A stretch of DNA of 64,000 nucleotides from assembly GCA_044225505.1 (NCBI GenBank), contig JBGAIN010000020.1:1-64000 (forward strand). The letters are read 5' to 3'. Every line of letters starts with the position of its first letter. Position 1 is the first letter of the stretch. Shown one piece after another: positions 59,401 to 64,000 of the stretch. The stretch comes from Limisphaerales bacterium. Lineage in GTDB: Bacteria; Verrucomicrobiota; Verrucomicrobiia; Limisphaerales; SIBE01. The notes beneath the pieces were generated by a model. It saw nothing but the letters and a program-made list of their open reading frames with translations, did not search any database and had not been told where the DNA came from. Made by a program: the position numbers and the translations under genes.

Positions 59401-60271
59401 CTCGTTTGGCATCCCGGGAATCAATGGCAAGGAAGTGGATGTGCTGCACGTTCCTTTCACTGCTTCCGACGAATCGGATGCCACTGGCCCCATCTTTAAA
59501 CGGATTGGCTTGCGGGTAAATCATGGTATCGCTCCGAACGGCGGCGGCACCAAAGTCAATCAGTGGACGCTCATTCTCGACGTGCTCTGGGGACCGGAGG
59601 GGACCGGCTTCGGTTCGCTCTTGCAGACCCATGACTTCGCCAATCCGACCGACGGCGACATGTTCTGGCGCGCCAGCGACGGGTTTTATGGCAAGGGCTG
59701 TTGCTCTCTTTACGATGCGGTGCCCGGCGTCTCTGGCCCTGGGCAAGTACGCAGCGAATGGGCTCGCGTGGTCTTCTCCGTTGACCTTTCGAGCAGCCCG
59801 CGCAAGTTTGCCAAATTCATCAATGGCCACAAACACCGGGAAGATCTGACGGGCGATGGCAACGCGCTCGACTCGCGCTTCGCATTGCCCCCGGAGATCT
59901 TCATGTTCGGCGATGGCGACGACAATGAGCGGGCCGAGGCTTATGTGAGCGCGATGCAATTCCGGGAAGGCGCAATGACGGATGAGGAAGTGGCGGCCTT
60001 GGGTGGGCCATCGCCATTCGGCATCCCTGACGCTTCGAGCGGGAGCGGCGGCGGAACCGTCACACCACCACCGCCGGCAGCGGCCCCGACATTGGTCGTA
60101 ACCACGGGTGCAGGCGGCGCCTTGACCATCTCCTGGCAAGCGACCCAAACGTTCACGCTGGAAAGCAAGAACAGCTTGAGTGACGCCGCTTGGACAGCCG
60201 TCACGGGCGTGGCCAACAACTCGGTCACGGTGCAGGCAACGGGAACGAAGTTTTACCGTCTGCGGCGTTAA
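56444..60271 (+). CDS. Giant secreted modular protein: lectin-like, Ig-like and PA14-like domains, two tandem LamG-like domains, C-terminal FYR domain
   Basis: Long signal-like leader; lectin-like GFSF...ISFDT; PA14-like DNIAMEVTGYLEL...DDNARL...GGGVHLELW; repeats at 58544 and 59294; ends KFYRLRR. Contains an N at 56982. Confidence 0.85.
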   Translation: MNLTWLFSRVGSRAHSALRKNVSPTRFSQSEFASAARRPSASGLAALCVASGLTALGGTLNTDFSSDPGGSVLGDKTRVENGILKLQDLQDFIDGTATLPMHGSYVFAPLDGTQKVASFNAKFHASIHGGTEQGAQGFSFVLASDIAGFTAPFREGGATGDGTGFSTGLIISFDTVDNAXNDPGDAPGVIVRIGGQRVAAKKFTNLRTGPAGSQTPVFVPVEINLDADGTLDVTYNGVKIYDNFGIPYAPIAGNFGLGSGTAELTAAIRANHWFDDMSLTTTTVTTGPVLLSALPLGTVVRPDASIEVQVENLGAATVQVQLDNQTLTAQTTTAGGITTISAKPPTSLVPNSTHEVKVTYGTKSLSWSFGVLNATIIPAGFAVPDTAVDTAKTGFSVRVHQLETAPVAGNTIQRGEDQLAGKLGANIADLTQAAAGVFTRSLINMEGTGAAEAGVFNATEGHPDELIPGIPGSTASTDNIAMEVTGYLELKKGVYTFGLVTDDNARLTIGPDPRDATAARLIDVAVTTGTSTILVDADGLYPFRIVWTQGGGGVHLELWSTLAAGKQVLLNDTAAGGVKVYAQAKAGVQKAPYVSSAKPLPGDANVSTTPKIELAITEDATTVTPASIQLFVNGTQATLADGAVTKEGKVTTVKHTVSTPLTPLSDQTLKLLFTDGAGNNVSREWKFATGKAQAGNLANAVKGQWDFQNGNLGATVGRDLQYIDSALASRYQFGTASSFGIALLGGKDVKVLRVPFIASDEADAKGALFKRIGLRMDHNIAPNGGGTKVNQYTFIMDVLWGPEGTGFGSLMQTHDLENPTDGDMFWRASDGYYGKGCCSLYDAVPGVSGPGQARSEWARVVFAVDLTSSPRKFAKFINGKKHREDLTGDGNALDSRFGLPPQVFLFGDGDDNERAEAYVNSIQIRAGAMSDEDIAALGGASAAGIPTPNPVKGQWDFAGNLSASVGQDLAYIDNGLASHYKFGTTSSFGIPGINGKEVDVLHVPFTASDESDATGPIFKRIGLRVNHGIAPNGGGTKVNQWTLILDVLWGPEGTGFGSLLQTHDFANPTDGDMFWRASDGFYGKGCCSLYDAVPGVSGPGQVRSEWARVVFSVDLSSSPRKFAKFINGHKHREDLTGDGNALDSRFALPPEIFMFGDGDDNERAEAYVSAMQFREGAMTDEEVAALGGPSPFGIPDASSGSGGGTVTPPPPAAAPTLVVTTGAGGALTISWQATQTFTLESKNSLSDAAWTAVTGVANNSVTVQATGTKFYRLRR
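58544..60028 (+). repeat. Intragenic tandem duplication, period 750 nt (copies 58544-59281 and 59294-60028)
   Basis: Both copies run from VKGQWDF to ALGG...GIP, with long identical peptide blocks. Confidence 0.95.
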
Positions 60272-60296
60272 AGCACGACCGACGTATCAGAGGTTG

Positions 60297-60328
60297 AAGG
60301 CCGGCGGCCCGAAGCTGCCGGCCTTTTC
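60297..60328 (+). terminator. Rho-independent terminator
   Basis: Hairpin AAGGCCGGCGGC-CCGAA-GCTGCCGGCCTT with a T-run, 25 nt after the stop, between convergent genes. Confidence 0.8.
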
Positions 60329-60451
60329 CTTGAACCGAATGCGAGCAACCGCTTTCGACGGTAATGCCGACGGTATTATCCAGGCGGGCTGTCGGCTAAT
60401 CCTCTGCCGGTTGTTTGGATCAAGGATTCCGGAGCGTCGTATCGCGAGCAC

Positions 60452-61309
<858 letters not shown>

Positions 61310-61432
61310 AAAGGGGCTTTTCAGAGAGCTAGCGTAGATCTGGCGCCGTCTCCTCGATAGGAAGTAACGATTGGATTTTTGGAGGATTTTATGAGGGGCC
61401 ATACCCCTTCTAAAGCCTTGATGTAAGGCCGA

Positions 61433-62989
61433 GTGCGCACTACGTTTTGCCCAGAGCGCCATGCGCTCAGGATTACCATCGTGTTGCTAAGACTCAGACC
61501 GGGCGTGGCGCAGCGCGTTTTAAGAAGCTGCGCTGGAGCGCTTTGGCTCAGCATCCTCGCTCTTTCGCTGAGCTGGCATCGCACCGCGGTCCGTGCGGCG
61601 GAACAACCTCCCCCGAAGAAGATCCGACTCGAAACGTTTGACGCGGCATGGCAGATCATCAACGATTCTTACTACGATCCTTCCTTTCATGGCTTGAATT
61701 GGGCGACAGTTAAGGCGGAACTCGCGCCTAAGGCCGCGGCCTCGAAAAGCACGGCGGAACTCCGGCAGGTCATTCAGGAAATGCTCGAAAGGTTGGGCGA
61801 TTCGCATATGGCTCTGATTCCCGGTGATGTCGCAAGCTCCTTGGACGCGACAAGCCGAGCCGAGAATCGCGGATCGAATTTGGGGCGAGCGCCAGCGACC
61901 TCCAACGCCGAGTCGCAAAGTTCTCAAACCAGCTTGGAGGAGAAGGAGAGCAGTTCGGGTGATGGACAGCCCGGTTTGGAAATCCGGATCATTGAAGGAA
62001 TGGCTTTGGTGACAAGGATTGACCCCGGAGGCCCCGCGGCCAAGGGCGGCGTGCGGCCAGGCTGGATCGTCGAGTCGGTTTCCGGACGTAACATCGCGGG
62101 ACTACTTGAGTCGCTCCCTTGGGCGGTCGACGATCGCCGAGCCCAATTCCTGGCTTGGCGCGCTGTGACCAGCCGATTGTCCGGAGCGAGCGGGTCAACC
62201 GTAACCGTCGATTTTCTGGATGCTGAACGGAGGGTCATCAGGCGGAGTTTGGAACGGGTCCGCGAACCTGGGGAACCGACGAAACTGGGTTACCTCCCGC
62301 CGCTGTATGCCCAACTGGAGGGGAAGAGATTGCCGCACGGATCCCATGGCATCGGACTCATTCGCTTCAACATGTGGCTAATTTCGATTAGCCGCCCTCT
62401 CGATGAAAAGATGGATGAGTATCGAAATGCCGATGGCATCATACTTGATCTGCGCGGCAACTTGGGAGGGATCGCAGGAATGATCCTTGGCATCTCGGGA
62501 CATTTCCTAAATGAGCGGGTTTCGCTGGGAACCTTAAAGATGCGGGGAAATGACCTCCAATTCCTGGCTAACCCAAGGCGGGTTAGCCTGACGGGCGAAC
62601 GCGTGGAGCCCTTTGCAGGTCCACTGGCAATTCTGATTGATCCACTTTCACTCAGCGCAGCGGAGATTTTCGCTGCTGGTATGCAAGCGGTCGGGCGAGC
62701 ACGATTATTTGGAGAACCTTCCGGCGGACAAGCGCTTCCTGCGATCTGGGACAAGCTGCCCAACGGAGATGTCCTTTACCATGCCTTCGGCGATTTTGTT
62801 ACGGCGTCTGGCGCTCGCCTGGAAGGGCTTGGTGCGACACCTGACCAAGTTGTTCCTACCACGCGCGCCGGGCTGTTAGCGGGCCACGACGCGGCGTTGG
62901 AAGCGGCGGTCAAATGGATCGAGAGCAAGAATCGCAGATTGAACTCTTCGAAGTTGCATTCAGAAAACCAGGAAACGCGTAAGCAATAA
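61433..62989 (+). CDS. S41 family peptidase with PDZ domain
   Basis: [38 protein letters not shown] and LEGLGATPD. Start uncertain (could be 61481). Confidence 0.9.
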   Translation: MRTTFCPERHALRITIVLLRLRPGVAQRVLRSCAGALWLSILALSLSWHRTAVRAAEQPPPKKIRLETFDAAWQIINDSYYDPSFHGLNWATVKAELAPKAAASKSTAELRQVIQEMLERLGDSHMALIPGDVASSLDATSRAENRGSNLGRAPATSNAESQSSQTSLEEKESSSGDGQPGLEIRIIEGMALVTRIDPGGPAAKGGVRPGWIVESVSGRNIAGLLESLPWAVDDRRAQFLAWRAVTSRLSGASGSTVTVDFLDAERRVIRRSLERVREPGEPTKLGYLPPLYAQLEGKRLPHGSHGIGLIRFNMWLISISRPLDEKMDEYRNADGIILDLRGNLGGIAGMILGISGHFLNERVSLGTLKMRGNDLQFLANPRRVSLTGERVEPFAGPLAILIDPLSLSAAEIFAAGMQAVGRARLFGEPSGGQALPAIWDKLPNGDVLYHAFGDFVTASGARLEGLGATPDQVVPTTRAGLLAGHDAALEAAVKWIESKNRRLNSSKLHSENQETRKQ

Positions 62990-63786
62990 TGGATATGATG
63001 TCGTTTGTTGTCGGTCTACACGCAATTAGGCACCTGATAATCGGAGTAACTTTCTTTGGCTTATGCGGCGGATTCAATGCCGCGGCCGCTGACGGAAAAG
63101 GCGATACTCCTTTGCCTAAAGCTGAGGTCGTGTTGGAGCAGTTTATCAAAGCGCTGGGTGGAAACGGTGTTTTCGAAAAGATCCAGTCCCAGCATACTCA
63201 CGGGAATGTCGATATGGCAGGGCAGGGGATCTCCGGGAAGTTGGAGGTATTCGCCAAACGGCCAGATAAACTATTGATCAAGATCACCATGCCCGGAATC
63301 GGCGACCTGTATCAAGGCTTTGACGGGAATGTGGGCTGGTCGCTAAACCCTGTAACCGGCCCAATGATCTTGGAAGGAAAGATGTTGGACCAAGTTCGTG
63401 AACAGGCCCGATTTGACGCGATCCTCCATGATCTGAGCGAATATAAGAAAGTTGAGACAGTGGGGCGAACCCCGTTCGAAGGACAAGACGCTTACCAGCT
63501 TAAGCTGGTGCGAAAATCTGGCCAGGAGACGACGGAGTTCTATGACATCAAGACCGGGCTGTTGATCGGATCTAATGAGGTGCAGGAAACGCCGCTCGGC
63601 GCAGTCAATGTCTCTGCCAGCATCGGCGAGTACAAGAAGTTCGGAGACGCTCTCTTTGCCACCAAACTGGCGCAAAAGATGGGGCCTTTGACGCAAGTGA
63701 TGACGTTTACAAGCATGGATTTCAAAGAGTTGGACGACAGCGTCTTCGACCTGCCAAACCAGATTAAAGCGCTGCTAAAGAAGTAG
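62989..63786 (+). CDS. Secreted hypothetical protein, LolA-like/DUF620-like beta fold
   Basis: Signal peptide; FIKALGG, QGFDGNVGW, FYDIKTGLL and DDSVF; start overlaps the S41 stop (TAATG). Confidence 0.75.
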   Translation: MDMMSFVVGLHAIRHLIIGVTFFGLCGGFNAAAADGKGDTPLPKAEVVLEQFIKALGGNGVFEKIQSQHTHGNVDMAGQGISGKLEVFAKRPDKLLIKITMPGIGDLYQGFDGNVGWSLNPVTGPMILEGKMLDQVREQARFDAILHDLSEYKKVETVGRTPFEGQDAYQLKLVRKSGQETTEFYDIKTGLLIGSNEVQETPLGAVNVSASIGEYKKFGDALFATKLAQKMGPLTQVMTFTSMDFKELDDSVFDLPNQIKALLKK

Positions 63787-63907
63787 TCCTCGCGCGCACT
63801 GGGGCGTTGCGCTCACGGCGGTCCATTCCATACGAGCTTTCTGCGCTGATCCAAGTGCTCGCATTTTAACTTTGACGACCGGGGTTGGATTGCGGATGCA
63901 TGGTGCC

Positions 63908-64000
63908 ATGCTACCACGTAACCTTCTAAGTTCTTGCCTCGACCGTCGTCAATTCTTGAAACGCTGTGGACAGGTGCTCGGGGCCTCCGCTTGGGCAGGG
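63908..64000 (+). CDS. 5' end of a probable Tat-exported protein (cut by the window edge)
   Basis: MLPRNLLSSCLDRRQFLKRCGQVLG... contains the DRRQFLK twin-arginine motif and is open to the window end. Confidence 0.6.
   Translation, partial: MLPRNLLSSCLDRRQFLKRCGQVLGASAWAG

Noticed and set aside
58448..60148. 566-aa antisense ORF
   Set aside because: Shadow of the duplicated GC-rich gene on the plus strand; it repeats with the same period and has no independent motifs.

Overview
Bacterial genomic DNA, most likely Verrucomicrobiota (Pedosphaera/Limisphaera-like). This is inferred from the H-X9-DG pilin-like genes, the lamin-tail/CotH protein and the giant secreted proteins ending in an FYR motif. 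One N at 56982 suggests a draft assembly. I found no rRNA, tRNA or CRISPR array. Mobile DNA: the 3' end of a probable transposase (2-139) and a decayed REP-associated tyrosine transposase (649-865). Housekeeping and transport: cobA-hemD, feoA-feoA-feoB, tonB-exbB-exbD, thiL-tsaE-tsaB, aat, a YtrA/GntR-ABC operon and assorted hydrolases and transporters. Best candidates for under-described systems: (1) a six-gene divergent MglA-GTPase module (13705-18434) with up to four roadblock-like domains, a REC-DUF4388 protein and a scaffold carrying a duplicated unnamed domain behind a MinD-like amphipathic N-terminus; (2) two separate pairings of a pilin-like gene with a giant secreted protein, both giants sharing a C-terminal W...FYR domain, suggesting a sorting or secretion system; (3) an ECF sigma/anti-sigma pair heading a TMEM260-like (DUF2723) glycosyltransferase; (4) a stand-alone cNMP-binding gene directly upstream of a class III cyclase-STAND-TPR gene. 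All family assignments come from motif recognition by eye; no database searches were run.
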